Shown: positions 28,194 through 36,637 of the stretch, piece by piece
How positions within the stretch are numbered: position 1 is the first letter of the stretch
Layout of the letters: each line of letters opens with the position of its first letter
DNA from: Candidatus Dojkabacteria bacterium
GTDB lineage: Bacteria; Patescibacteriota; Dojkabacteria; SC72; JAHDCA01
DNA length: 52,410 nucleotides
Assembly (NCBI GenBank): GCA_027036675.1
Contig: JALWDW010000008.1
Coordinates: 1-52,410 of the forward strand
Direction of reading: 5' to 3'
Made by a program: the position numbers and the translations under genes
Notes under the pieces: model-generated
What the model was told of the DNA's origin: nothing
What the model saw: the letters and a program-made list of their open reading frames with translations, nothing else
The model's database searches: none

Positions 28194-28793
28194 ATGGCCA
28201 CGACAGTGCCCGAACTTTTTCAACACGATGAGTTTTTTATCGACGAGAAGGTGCAAATATTGAAGCTATTGCCCAACACGTACAGAATTTACGATAAAAA
28301 CGGTGTCCAAATCGGCGGGGTCCAGGAAAAGTTAAGTCGTGCACATAAGTTATTGCGCTTCTTCATCAACAGAAAATTACTGAAATTTGAGCTCGATATA
28401 GTTGATAAGGACGGGAGTGTATTATCTTCACTTAAGAGGAAACGGGTATTTTTCCTGAGTACGATACGGGTGTCGGGTGCCGACGATCAAGAGATCGGGT
28501 ATATCAAGCAGAAATTCTCGCTACTTACCCCGCGGTTTAAGCTATACTCGCGATCCGGCGATATGGTTGGCAGTATATCCGGCAATTGGACCGCCTGGAA
28601 TTTCACCGTAAAAGATGCTGCTGGCAATACTATTGGCACAATTGACAAAAAATGGGCGGGAAGTTTGCAGGAAATCTTAACGGATGCGGATAAGTATCAT
28701 GTATCGGTAAACAAGGATATACGTGAGGACACGACGAAAATGTTAATCTTGAGCTGCGCAATCACCATAGATATGATATTGAAAGAAATTTAA
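28194..28793 (+). CDS. phospholipid scramblase / LURP-one-related (tubby-like) family protein
   Basis: Repeated beta-strand pattern. IGYIKQKFSLLTPRFKLY, GTIDKKWAGSLQEILTDADKYHVS and a C-terminal hydrophobic helix, as in scramblase-family proteins. Confidence 0.55.
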   Translation: MATTVPELFQHDEFFIDEKVQILKLLPNTYRIYDKNGVQIGGVQEKLSRAHKLLRFFINRKLLKFELDIVDKDGSVLSSLKRKRVFFLSTIRVSGADDQEIGYIKQKFSLLTPRFKLYSRSGDMVGSISGNWTAWNFTVKDAAGNTIGTIDKKWAGSLQEILTDADKYHVSVNKDIREDTTKMLILSCAITIDMILKEI

Positions 28794-28814
28794 GTTCAAA
28801 CAGGCTGAGCGACT

Positions 28815-29648
28815 ATGAATTATGTAAAGGTGATATTGTTATTTTCGCTGTTGACTGTGCTTTTTGTGGCCGTGTCGTTTATTTTGCTGGGTCGCCAAGG
28901 TATGTGGTTTGGACTACTTTTCGCGGGGATTGTCAATTTTGTGTCATTCTTCTTCTCGGATAAAATCGCTTTGAAGATGGCTCATGCTCGTGCGTTATCT
29001 GAAGAGGAAAACCCGAAACTATACGAGATTGTCGGGCGATTGGCACGGCAAGCCGGTATCCCGATGCCGACACTGTACATGATCGACGATCCACGCCCAA
29101 ATGCTTTTGCGACAGGTAGGGGACCTGCGCATAGTGCGGTGGCGGTGACTAGGGGGTTGGTCGATTTGTTGGACGAGGATGAACTGTCCGCGGTACTGGG
29201 GCATGAATTGACTCACGTGAGATCCAGAGATATCTTGATCTCAAGCGTAGTCGCCACGGTTGCAAGTGCGATCACGATTGTCACACGCAATGCTTTGTGG
29301 CGGGGTAGGGGAGATAGAGATAATGATATTAACCCTATATTTACGATATTCATTTTATTGACCGCTCCACTACTGGCTTTGATGATCCAAATGGCAATAT
29401 CGCGTTCCAGAGAATTTCATGCGGATGCGGGTGGCGCGAAATTGGCGGGGAAGGAGGCGATGATCAGTGCTCTGTACAAGATAAATGGAGTATTGAAGCG
29501 CAACCCGATGAGGGATATCAATCCGGCACAGGCTCATATGTATATCGCAAATCCGCTTGGCGACGTCCGGTCCGTATTTGCGTCGTTGTTGGCGACACAT
29601 CCACCTCTTACCGCACGCGTCCGGGCTTTGGAGGAATTAAGCTTGTAG
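28815..29648 (+). CDS. htpX: zinc metalloprotease HtpX (M48)
   Basis: HELTHV zinc motif, downstream REFHAD, four TM segments. Confidence 0.9.
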   Translation: MNYVKVILLFSLLTVLFVAVSFILLGRQGMWFGLLFAGIVNFVSFFFSDKIALKMAHARALSEEENPKLYEIVGRLARQAGIPMPTLYMIDDPRPNAFATGRGPAHSAVAVTRGLVDLLDEDELSAVLGHELTHVRSRDILISSVVATVASAITIVTRNALWRGRGDRDNDINPIFTIFILLTAPLLALMIQMAISRSREFHADAGGAKLAGKEAMISALYKINGVLKRNPMRDINPAQAHMYIANPLGDVRSVFASLLATHPPLTARVRALEELSL

Positions 29649-30279
29649 CCGACAGGAGGTCGGGTCAAACTATTGAGTATTGGAAATGGTATGTACATGC
29701 CCCCAGGTTTTGGGATTTACTTCTTCGTCCTCGAATTGACCCTACGGTCGGGGAACTGCGCCTGAGGTATAAGATCTTATCTACTGTCGTAGTGGTCATC
29801 GATCTGTGTGGGTGCTAAATCTTCATTGGAAGATAGCCTATAGAAGAACGTTCTATCGAAGGAAACCTGAGGGGTAAAGCCATCTAGTGACCGAATGATC
29901 AGCTATAGGCCGTGTGTGAAAAACTAGTGACCAGGCGTTCAGTACGAGATTGGCAACTCCTGGAAGTCATACCCCGATAGTCAGTACGGTAACGACCGAG
30001 TGGTTAGTCCATGGTTGATGGTTTCCGGGGCTTATGCATGCAGCTGGTGTGCTGACGACCGGGTGGTCGTCTACGGTACTGTGCATACAAAACCTGCCGA
30101 CCGGGCGGTCAGGCGTAGTGACTGCTGGTGAGTACGAATCTCTGCGAATACGCTGTTTGCGAGCGACCGTGCGTTCACGGTATTCGCTACTTAAAATGGG
30201 ATCCCGATAGTATGGTCGATACAGCGATTCGACATGCTCGTAGTAGTATAAAGCTAAAGTGGCCTAGGTGAGACAACCG
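29649..30279. other. 631-bp ORF-free hairpin-dense spacer between convergent htpX and helD
   Basis: No ORF of 60 aa or more. At least seven GACC-N4-GGTC-like stem-loops and an 8-bp stem (30144-30151 with 30180-30187). Confidence 0.6.
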
Positions 30280-32484
30280 CTATTTTCCGACGATAAACAG
30301 CCGGTGCAGAGCTCTTGTCATGGCGACGTACAATAAGCGTTGCGAGTACTCATCCCGCCCGTAGGTCGGTTCGTCTACGTCTATGATGAACACACTGTCA
30401 AATTCAAGCCCCTTGGCTTTGGCAACCGGTAATACGAGAACCCCGGTCGAGTGGTTGTCGTCCGATTCGGTATGCAATTTTCTGGTAAAAAGGTTTTTGT
30501 GTTTTACCAAACGTTGATGGACCTTGCGAAAATGGGTGAGATCTCTGGTAATGATGCCGACCGTGGACGCGCCTTTGTCAAATTGTTCGTTCACTTTGCG
30601 GATTATATCTTTGATTGTTTGTTCATCAGCGTCGTCGAATGTTGCACCGATTGATATGGTCTCGACCGGATCGCCATGCCTGAGTACAGCTTCCGGCGGG
30701 TTCAAGCCTTTTGGCATGAAATCGGTGAGGAGGGTATTCGTATAGTCAATGATCTCCACCGTAGTGCGGTAAGACTTATTCAACTGTGTGTAAATAGTAT
30801 CACCTCCCGTCTCTTTGCGCAGTATCTCGACCACATCCTGCCAATCCTTGATATAAAACGGGGGGATGATCGCTTGCGCCAAGTCACCAGCCAGCATCAA
30901 GTTGTTGCGTCCGGCCAGTTTGGCTATGGTCAGCAATTGAGCGATACTGTAGTCTTGCGCCTCGTCTACCATGATCACATCCTTTACATACTCTCGGTAT
31001 CCGTACAAGGACATGGACAACTCAAGCAATAAAGGTATATCTTCCTGCTTATGGAACTGCACATTACCCGTCATATTGAAATATGATTTGGTAAATGCTT
31101 CTATATTCCTCATCGTGGCGGTAGGAATCCCTTCCGATTCAAACGCTTCGTGATCTTTTAGCAACGCCATATACATATTGCGCAACCTCAATCGCTTCTT
31201 GATCAACTTTAGTACCTTTGCTTCCTTATCTTTGATATTACGCAACTGTCCCATATAGTCTCCGGCGACACCCATGTTTTGCTCCTTTTGATTGAAAGCG
31301 TATCTGACCGCCAATTCCAGGCTCTCGTAAATATCGATATCTGAATGATTGTTTCTGAGCTCCTCGTAACGGGATGTGACTACCCATTTGACTGACTCGG
31401 ACAGTTCGTCAAGTATTTGTTCGACGTATCTGGCGAACGCTTTGCGAATACCGCGATAAAAGGCGTACGATCCTTTGATTGACTTAATCTCCAAATTGTC
31501 TGGCGTATCGCTGAGTACGTGCCTGTCGTCCCATTTGAGTACTTTCTTGGCAAGAGACATATATACGTCCGTTTGTGTGCCAAAGATTCCCAGGTTTGGC
31601 AAGAGTTCGGAAATATAATCTATAAACATTTTGTTTGGAGCCAGAACCAATGCTTTGTTCATCGATATTTTGGACTCCTGCGAATAAGCGAGGTATGCCA
31701 GGCGGTGGAGAAGGATCGTCGTCTTGCCAGAACCGGCGACCCCTTGAAGGATAATCGGTCTGTCGATCTGTGCGCGTATAATTTCGTTTTGCGTTTTTTG
31801 AATTGTGGAAACTATATCCACCAGTTTTTTCCCGCTACGACCTGAGAGCTCATGCAAAAGAAACTCATCGGCGCTTGAATTCCCACTTTTGATGTCATAG
31901 ATGTTTTGGAAACGTCCCAACACGATCTCAAACTGTCTCTTCTGCGTCAAATCTCCTGTGATCTTGCCGGCCGGGCTTGTGAAATCGACATTTTCAGTTG
32001 GACCAGAGTGTTGATAGTACAGGTTGGCGATAGGTGCACGCCAATCCGTGATCAGAGGCACCCCAGTGCTAGGATCAATCATAGCAAATTTGCCGATATA
32101 TACTTTGACAGGTTTTGAGGTTTTGTGATTTTTGAATACGATCTTGCCAAAGTAGGGTTTTTTAATGATCGTCAAATCATGATTCAGATCCTTGACGTAC
32201 TTTCGCATGCGTTTCAACAATTTATTGTAGGTTTTGACGGCATCTTCTCTGTCGTCTCCTGTCTCGTGTTCCATCGCGAAGATAGCATCCTCCATCTCCA
32301 CGAGCAAGCTCGCTCTGCGTGCATCTATATCCTTGATCTGTCCATGGATCAGCTCTATGGCACGCAATAAGTGAGGGTATTCTTCCTCTTCCACACTGTC
32401 TTTGGGTACGACATCGTCGTTTGAAACTATCTGCGGCAATTGTTCATATACCGGCAGGATGTACTCTTGATAATCGATGGGCAT
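30280..32484 (-). CDS. helD: HelD-type UvrD/Rep-family helicase (RNA polymerase recycling ATPase)
   Basis: KPYFGKIVF...VYIGKFAMI...ITDWRAPIANLYY N-terminal signature, then IVSTIQKTQNEIIR and Walker A ILQGVAGSGKTT. Length and layout match HelD. Confidence 0.85.
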   Translation of the reverse strand: MPIDYQEYILPVYEQLPQIVSNDDVVPKDSVEEEEYPHLLRAIELIHGQIKDIDARRASLLVEMEDAIFAMEHETGDDREDAVKTYNKLLKRMRKYVKDLNHDLTIIKKPYFGKIVFKNHKTSKPVKVYIGKFAMIDPSTGVPLITDWRAPIANLYYQHSGPTENVDFTSPAGKITGDLTQKRQFEIVLGRFQNIYDIKSGNSSADEFLLHELSGRSGKKLVDIVSTIQKTQNEIIRAQIDRPIILQGVAGSGKTTILLHRLAYLAYSQESKISMNKALVLAPNKMFIDYISELLPNLGIFGTQTDVYMSLAKKVLKWDDRHVLSDTPDNLEIKSIKGSYAFYRGIRKAFARYVEQILDELSESVKWVVTSRYEELRNNHSDIDIYESLELAVRYAFNQKEQNMGVAGDYMGQLRNIKDKEAKVLKLIKKRLRLRNMYMALLKDHEAFESEGIPTATMRNIEAFTKSYFNMTGNVQFHKQEDIPLLLELSMSLYGYREYVKDVIMVDEAQDYSIAQLLTIAKLAGRNNLMLAGDLAQAIIPPFYIKDWQDVVEILRKETGGDTIYTQLNKSYRTTVEIIDYTNTLLTDFMPKGLNPPEAVLRHGDPVETISIGATFDDADEQTIKDIIRKVNEQFDKGASTVGIITRDLTHFRKVHQRLVKHKNLFTRKLHTESDDNHSTGVLVLPVAKAKGLEFDSVFIIDVDEPTYGRDEYSQRLLYVAMTRALHRLFIVGK

Positions 32485-32491
32485 CCGCGCA

Positions 32492-33580
32492 TTATATCAC
32501 TACACCGCTTCCGTAGCAACGTTTGTCGTCGTAAATCGCCAAAGTTTGGCCCGATGCGACAGCGCAGTGAGGTTCAGAATGTGATATCGTGACCGTATGG
32601 TCAGAATTGTCGTATGAGATTGATTTGACCTGCACCATATCGCCCCGATGCCTGATACGAGTGTATAGGTCTGATCGTCCGCTCAAAGTCTCGATGGAGA
32701 TATCATTACCTATCAAGTTGAGATTGCTTATCGATATTTTTGTTTTATACAAAAGCGGGTTGTCGTGTCCTTGACAGGCGTATACCGTATTGTGTTCCGC
32801 ATCTTTGGCGCATACGTAATAAGGTGTCGATACTCCTCCTATGTCGAGCCCGTGGCGTTGCCCGATAGTTATGGACCAAACCCCTTGATGTTTCCCGAGA
32901 ACTCGACCGGTTTCCATATCCACGATATTACCGGTGTTGTCGCCTATCGCGTCCCGCAGGTACTCGCGTACGTTTATCTTACCGACAAAGCAAATGCCCT
33001 GACTGTCTTTTTTAGTGGCGTTTGGCAAGTTGATCGAATCGGCGATCTCCCTCACTTCCTGTTTGGTAATATTGCTTAATGGGAATACGACATCATATAG
33101 TTGCTCTGTTTTCAAGGCGGATAAGAAATATGTTTGATCCTTGCCGATGTCTGCCGACAAAAGGAGTTGGGCACCGCTACGTTCGTCGTGCAAAACCCCG
33201 GCATAATGCCCGGTAGCGACTTTGTCCGCCCCAAGGTCGAGCGATTTTTGTTTAAATACTCCAAATTTGATGTCACTATTGCACAATACATCGGGATTTG
33301 GTGTCAGCCCTGCTTTGTACGCTTCCACAAACGGCCTCATGACCGATTCCATATAATTATCCACAAAGTCCATGACCATAAACTCTATACCCAAGCTGTG
33401 AGCGACGGCCTCGGCTGAGTCCCGGTCGACCTTTTGCGTGCATTCGGGGTCTTTGCCGTCAGAACCTGCCCAATTGCGCATAAACACACCCACGACCTTG
33501 TACCCGGCTTGCAATAATAGGTATGCGCCGACCGCGCTGTCCACTCCGCCGGACAAGCCCAAAAATACCGTTTCCTTCAT
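32492..33580 (-). CDS. mnmA: tRNA 2-thiouridine(34) synthase
   Basis: PP-loop GLSGGVDSAV, catalytic Cys contexts (PDVLCN, SQGICFVG). Confidence 0.9.
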   Translation of the reverse strand: MKETVFLGLSGGVDSAVGAYLLLQAGYKVVGVFMRNWAGSDGKDPECTQKVDRDSAEAVAHSLGIEFMVMDFVDNYMESVMRPFVEAYKAGLTPNPDVLCNSDIKFGVFKQKSLDLGADKVATGHYAGVLHDERSGAQLLLSADIGKDQTYFLSALKTEQLYDVVFPLSNITKQEVREIADSINLPNATKKDSQGICFVGKINVREYLRDAIGDNTGNIVDMETGRVLGKHQGVWSITIGQRHGLDIGGVSTPYYVCAKDAEHNTVYACQGHDNPLLYKTKISISNLNLIGNDISIETLSGRSDLYTRIRHRGDMVQVKSISYDNSDHTVTISHSEPHCAVASGQTLAIYDDKRCYGSGVVI

Positions 33581-33660
33581 AATAACTGTTTTTAAGTACG
33601 ATAATAAAGTATAATACAGGTGGTTCTTCTCGGCAAATTAGACTATTATTCGAATATCCG

Positions 33661-34443
33661 ATGAAAAAATATTTAAAAGATAAAGTAGTGTTGCATGGGC
33701 TTCTGGCCCTTCTGGGTTTAGCACTGTTTATATTTTTTCTATTGCCGATGGCAAGCTCGGAAGAATTGCCCGTGGCGACCGATTATACGCAGACATTGCT
33801 TGAAGCCGATAACCCGAAGATCGCACCGCAGGATAAATCGGATAAAACTGATACGACAGGTACCGACAGATCTGCAACAGAGAGCGATACCGATACCGCC
33901 AGGAGGAGGGTAGATGTGGATAATGGATCTGACGAATCTGCAAATAGTACGGATAATGAATCTGCAAGTACCACTGGTACGGACAATACTGACAATCACA
34001 CCAACGACAACACCAACGATATGGTAAAGCATCCGTGGTCTCCGTACGAATACAAATTGGTGACTGTGAAAATAATCAGAAATGGTGATGATGAGCCTCT
34101 GTTGGTCAAAGCTGAATTGGCTGACACGTTGGACAAACAAACATACGGTCTCAAAAATCGGTCAGCAATGGACGAGTCGGAGGGAATGTTGTTCGTTTTC
34201 CCGGAAGAGGTTGAATATGCTTTCATCATGGAAGATATGCAAATACCGCTTGATATCATCTTTATAGACAAGGATGGGTATATTGTAAGTATTATCGAGA
34301 ATATGACACCGTGTGCAGGGTCAGGCGACAAATGTCCTCTATATCATTCATCTGCGCCGTATCTGCGGGTGCTTGAGGTGAATGCCGGGTACGTGAAACG
34401 GCATGGTATAGACGTCGGGGACAAAGTTCGAGTCCTGGACTAA
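33661..34443 (+). CDS. membrane-anchored DUF192-domain protein with low-complexity linker
   Basis: N-terminal TM, Asp/Thr/Asn-rich linker. GLKNRSAMDESEGMLFVF...MQIPLDIIFIDKDGYIV matches the DUF192 pattern. Confidence 0.6.
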   Translation: MKKYLKDKVVLHGLLALLGLALFIFFLLPMASSEELPVATDYTQTLLEADNPKIAPQDKSDKTDTTGTDRSATESDTDTARRRVDVDNGSDESANSTDNESASTTGTDNTDNHTNDNTNDMVKHPWSPYEYKLVTVKIIRNGDDEPLLVKAELADTLDKQTYGLKNRSAMDESEGMLFVFPEEVEYAFIMEDMQIPLDIIFIDKDGYIVSIIENMTPCAGSGDKCPLYHSSAPYLRVLEVNAGYVKRHGIDVGDKVRVLD

Positions 34444-35084
34444 GAGGCTTCAATCGCTTGCATGACGCTTGATACTTTCGCTCCCCAAGTGGTGCATGGC
34501 GGGCAGTAAGACCCTTCTATTGCGTAAGGACTTGTCGCGCCATTGGCATAGTACCTCCCCATACCTCGCGATACGGTATCGATACCTTGCTCCAAGTTGG
34601 CGAAGGTGGCTGCATGTTCTTGTCCGCCCCATCCCCAACAATTGTTGACGCGATATGTGTGGCGGCAACCATTGGATTCGATGATTGAAATTGATGCCAC
34701 AAGCCTATAATCTATCCCATATTCATCGGCTTTCATGACCAATACTTCCGCATAATCGGCCAATGGGGACCCTCTTCGTCTTAAGTACCTTTCCAATTTG
34801 GCAACTTTGACGGGATCGGCATAAAGGTTGCGGACTTTTGGGGATACGTCCTGCTGTACGGCCGAAAGTGCCGAAAACTGCGTATTGACGTCGCCTGTCA
34901 TGGGTAGGGTGCTCAATGTGAAATTGTCGTTGACCTGTGCCGGTTTGGATTGCTCAAGTGTTGCGGAAGACGCGCTGATCGGTGTTGACAGAAGGTCGGA
35001 GATATTGGTGTACAACATCGATACGGTGATGACTGCGACAGCCACCGCAAGTATGTGTTTTTGCCAATTTGATACGTTTTGCAT
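34440..35084 (-). CDS. secreted lytic-transglycosylase-like protein (paralog of 48861-49643)
   Basis: N-terminal TM. YGIDYRLVASISIIESNG (E-S motif), CWGWGG, SYCPPC. Motif order shared with the 260-aa paralog. Confidence 0.45.
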   Translation of the reverse strand: MQNVSNWQKHILAVAVAVITVSMLYTNISDLLSTPISASSATLEQSKPAQVNDNFTLSTLPMTGDVNTQFSALSAVQQDVSPKVRNLYADPVKVAKLERYLRRRGSPLADYAEVLVMKADEYGIDYRLVASISIIESNGCRHTYRVNNCWGWGGQEHAATFANLEQGIDTVSRGMGRYYANGATSPYAIEGSYCPPCTTWGAKVSSVMQAIEAS

Positions 35085-35125
35085 AAGGTTATCGAATGGT
35101 AAATTTACTTATCAAATTACTGGAT

Positions 35126-35134
35126 ATTATACCA
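35126..35134 (-). promoter_or_regulatory. extended -10 TGGTATAAT (minus strand)
   Basis: The minus strand reads TGGTATAAT, 41 nt upstream of the ATG at 35084. Confidence 0.4.
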
Positions 35135-35787
35135 CAAAACAGCCTATAGCGCTACCTAGCAATCGAAGCCGGGGTTGGACCCCAGGCTTGAACCCCGGGC
35201 TTGATGTGAAGGTATTGTTATCGTGAGAATGAAGGGTAGAAAAACAGGATTTTCAGGGGCTTGGCTATAGAAATTGTACAATCGGTTTATATTGTCACAC
35301 CAATCTTTTCAACGCCCTACCACACCGAAGTGAGTGATTTCCCATGACTACAAGGTTTATCCCAGGTTTCAATAGTTTTCCGCTCCCGTAGCGGGTAAGC
35401 CTATGTTTTTTTACATAGTCAAAGTAAGACATAATGACATTGTCCAATGACAACGGGTGTTTTACTTGGGTATGGAGTATTGCGATAACCGCTTTATTTA
35501 TATCTGAGGCTTCGTAAGTCCTACGAGAGGAATTTCGGTAATACTATTTTTTATCTAACAGTCCGGGGGATGCTTTTCTATATAGATGAAAACTTAATGA
35601 AAACTTCACATCCGATGTGAAGTATCAGCAGTGGCACCGCATCCGCAATCGTGGTAGCGACTGTGGGTGCGGTCTTAATGAAAACTTAGTCCTCGTTCCC
35701 CGCCGGGTCGTGAGTTGCCAGTGCTTGAATGTTGCCGGCGGGGCTCGCGATTGCTACTGCAGATGAAAATTTAATGAAAATTTCACG

Positions 35788-35932
35788 TCGGCTGGGGCGC
35801 CCATTATCCGAGGACCTTGACCTGTGGCGTGAGTAGAGCTTTTGTGGGTCCGCGGACTGGTTCCGTTGAGGAAGGTTTCCTTCGCGGATGAAGATTTAAA
35901 GCCTCCGGCGTAATTCCCCGACCGTAAGGTCG
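35788..35932 (+). repeat. 145-bp direct repeat, copy 1
   Basis: Identical to 36178-36322 except at 3 positions. Confidence 0.9.
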
Positions 35933-36177
35933 ATTGGGGATGAAGTAGCTCCCAAATCGTCAGGACGATGTGCTGAAGGTTGCTCAGCGGATTGCAGTAT
36001 GTCGATTTACCTGTGTGTAATGTATGTATGTTGTACTCGAAGCTACGGCATGATATGCGTTGAGAATAAATTTACATTCGGCAGTATTTTGGACGTTGAC
36101 GATATTCGAAAGATTTGGGACAAACGAAGTTTGTAAAGTCGATACCCCGACCGGCAGGTCGTGGGAGAGGCTTCATC

Positions 36178-36322
36178 TCGGCTGGGGCGCCCATTATCCG
36201 AGGACCTTGACCTGTGGCGTGAGTAGAGCTTTTGTGGGTCCGCGGACTGGTTCCGTTGAGGAAGGTTTCCTTCGCGGATGAAGATTTAACGCCTCCGGCG
36301 TAATCCCACGACCGTAAGGTCG
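36178..36322 (+). repeat. 145-bp direct repeat, copy 2
   Basis: Same as copy 1, 390 bp downstream. Differences are A/C, T/C and C/A near the 3' end. Confidence 0.9.
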
Positions 36323-36619
36323 GGGGACTGTAGTTGCGACCGCAGGTTGAAGCACGTCCTTCAATAATAGGCTCTGTCATTGGGATAAACCAATACAGGT
36401 AAGACAGTGTATTGCCATCAACTCCCGTCCATCCGGTATCGGTTGGGCGACTCCTCAAAGCCCACTGTCATTGTACAGAAGGTGTATTTGCCTACGTCCA
36501 GCCTTTTTGAGCCATCACCGGAAATCACGAATTCCGGGCCATGCAGCCTGTGGCCACAGTGCTTTGTCTCAAAGGGTGGGTTCCCATCCCGGGGTCGAGG
36601 CCAGGCTTCGCATTCCTTA

Positions 36620-36628
36620 TGATATAAT
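36620..36628 (+). promoter_or_regulatory. extended -10 TGATATAAT immediately upstream of proS
   Basis: TATAAT ends 9 nt before ATG 36638, which implies a leaderless or near-leaderless mRNA. Confidence 0.45.
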
Positions 36629-36637
36629 TTCTCCATT

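Larger units (their letters stand above)
35163..36612. other. element C: 1.45-kb ORF-free structured block sharing the 5' module and 3' end of elements A/B
   Basis: The 5' GGGG-N5-CCCC-AGGCTT module and the 3' GTGGGTTCCC...GGCTTCG parallel A/B. TCGAAGCC (5') and GGCTTCG (3') are complementary. Dense GC stems. Confidence 0.55.

Noticed and set aside
35698-35743. ZTP (pfl) riboswitch-like word CGGGTCGTGAGTTGCCAG
   Set aside because: It is simply the loop-proximal part of a long 9-bp hairpin (CCCCGCCGG/CCGGCGGGG). The pseudoknot partner CCGCCTGGGCA and the sub-domain layout are absent.
35585-36290. CRISPR-like array (repeated ATGAAAAC-type words resembling CRISPR repeat ends)
   Set aside because: The repeats are short, degenerate and irregularly spaced (about 50-340 nt). 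The intervening segments are themselves repeated or structured, and no cas genes are in the window.
35788-36322. Diversity-generating retroelement TR/VR pair
   Set aside because: Both copies are non-coding and no reverse transcriptase is nearby. The 3 differences are not adenine-specific (A/C, T/C, C/A).
36060-36458. ORFs of 73 aa (+) and 128 aa (-) inside the non-coding block
   Set aside because: They span the 145-bp repeat and give Gly/Arg/Pro-rich products. They have no start context or homology pattern and overlap each other on opposite strands, as expected for GC-rich structured DNA.
36330-36637. Possible T-box riboswitch leader for proS (AAGGGTGGGTTCCC resembles the T-box core AGGGTGGTACCGCG)
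   Set aside because: The conserved ACCGCG half is missing, and I could not identify Stem I specifier features. A strong extended -10 sits only 9 nt from the ATG, so transcription probably starts downstream of this sequence. A similar AAGGGTGGGACCC word also occurs at 19405, where there is no downstream aaRS gene.
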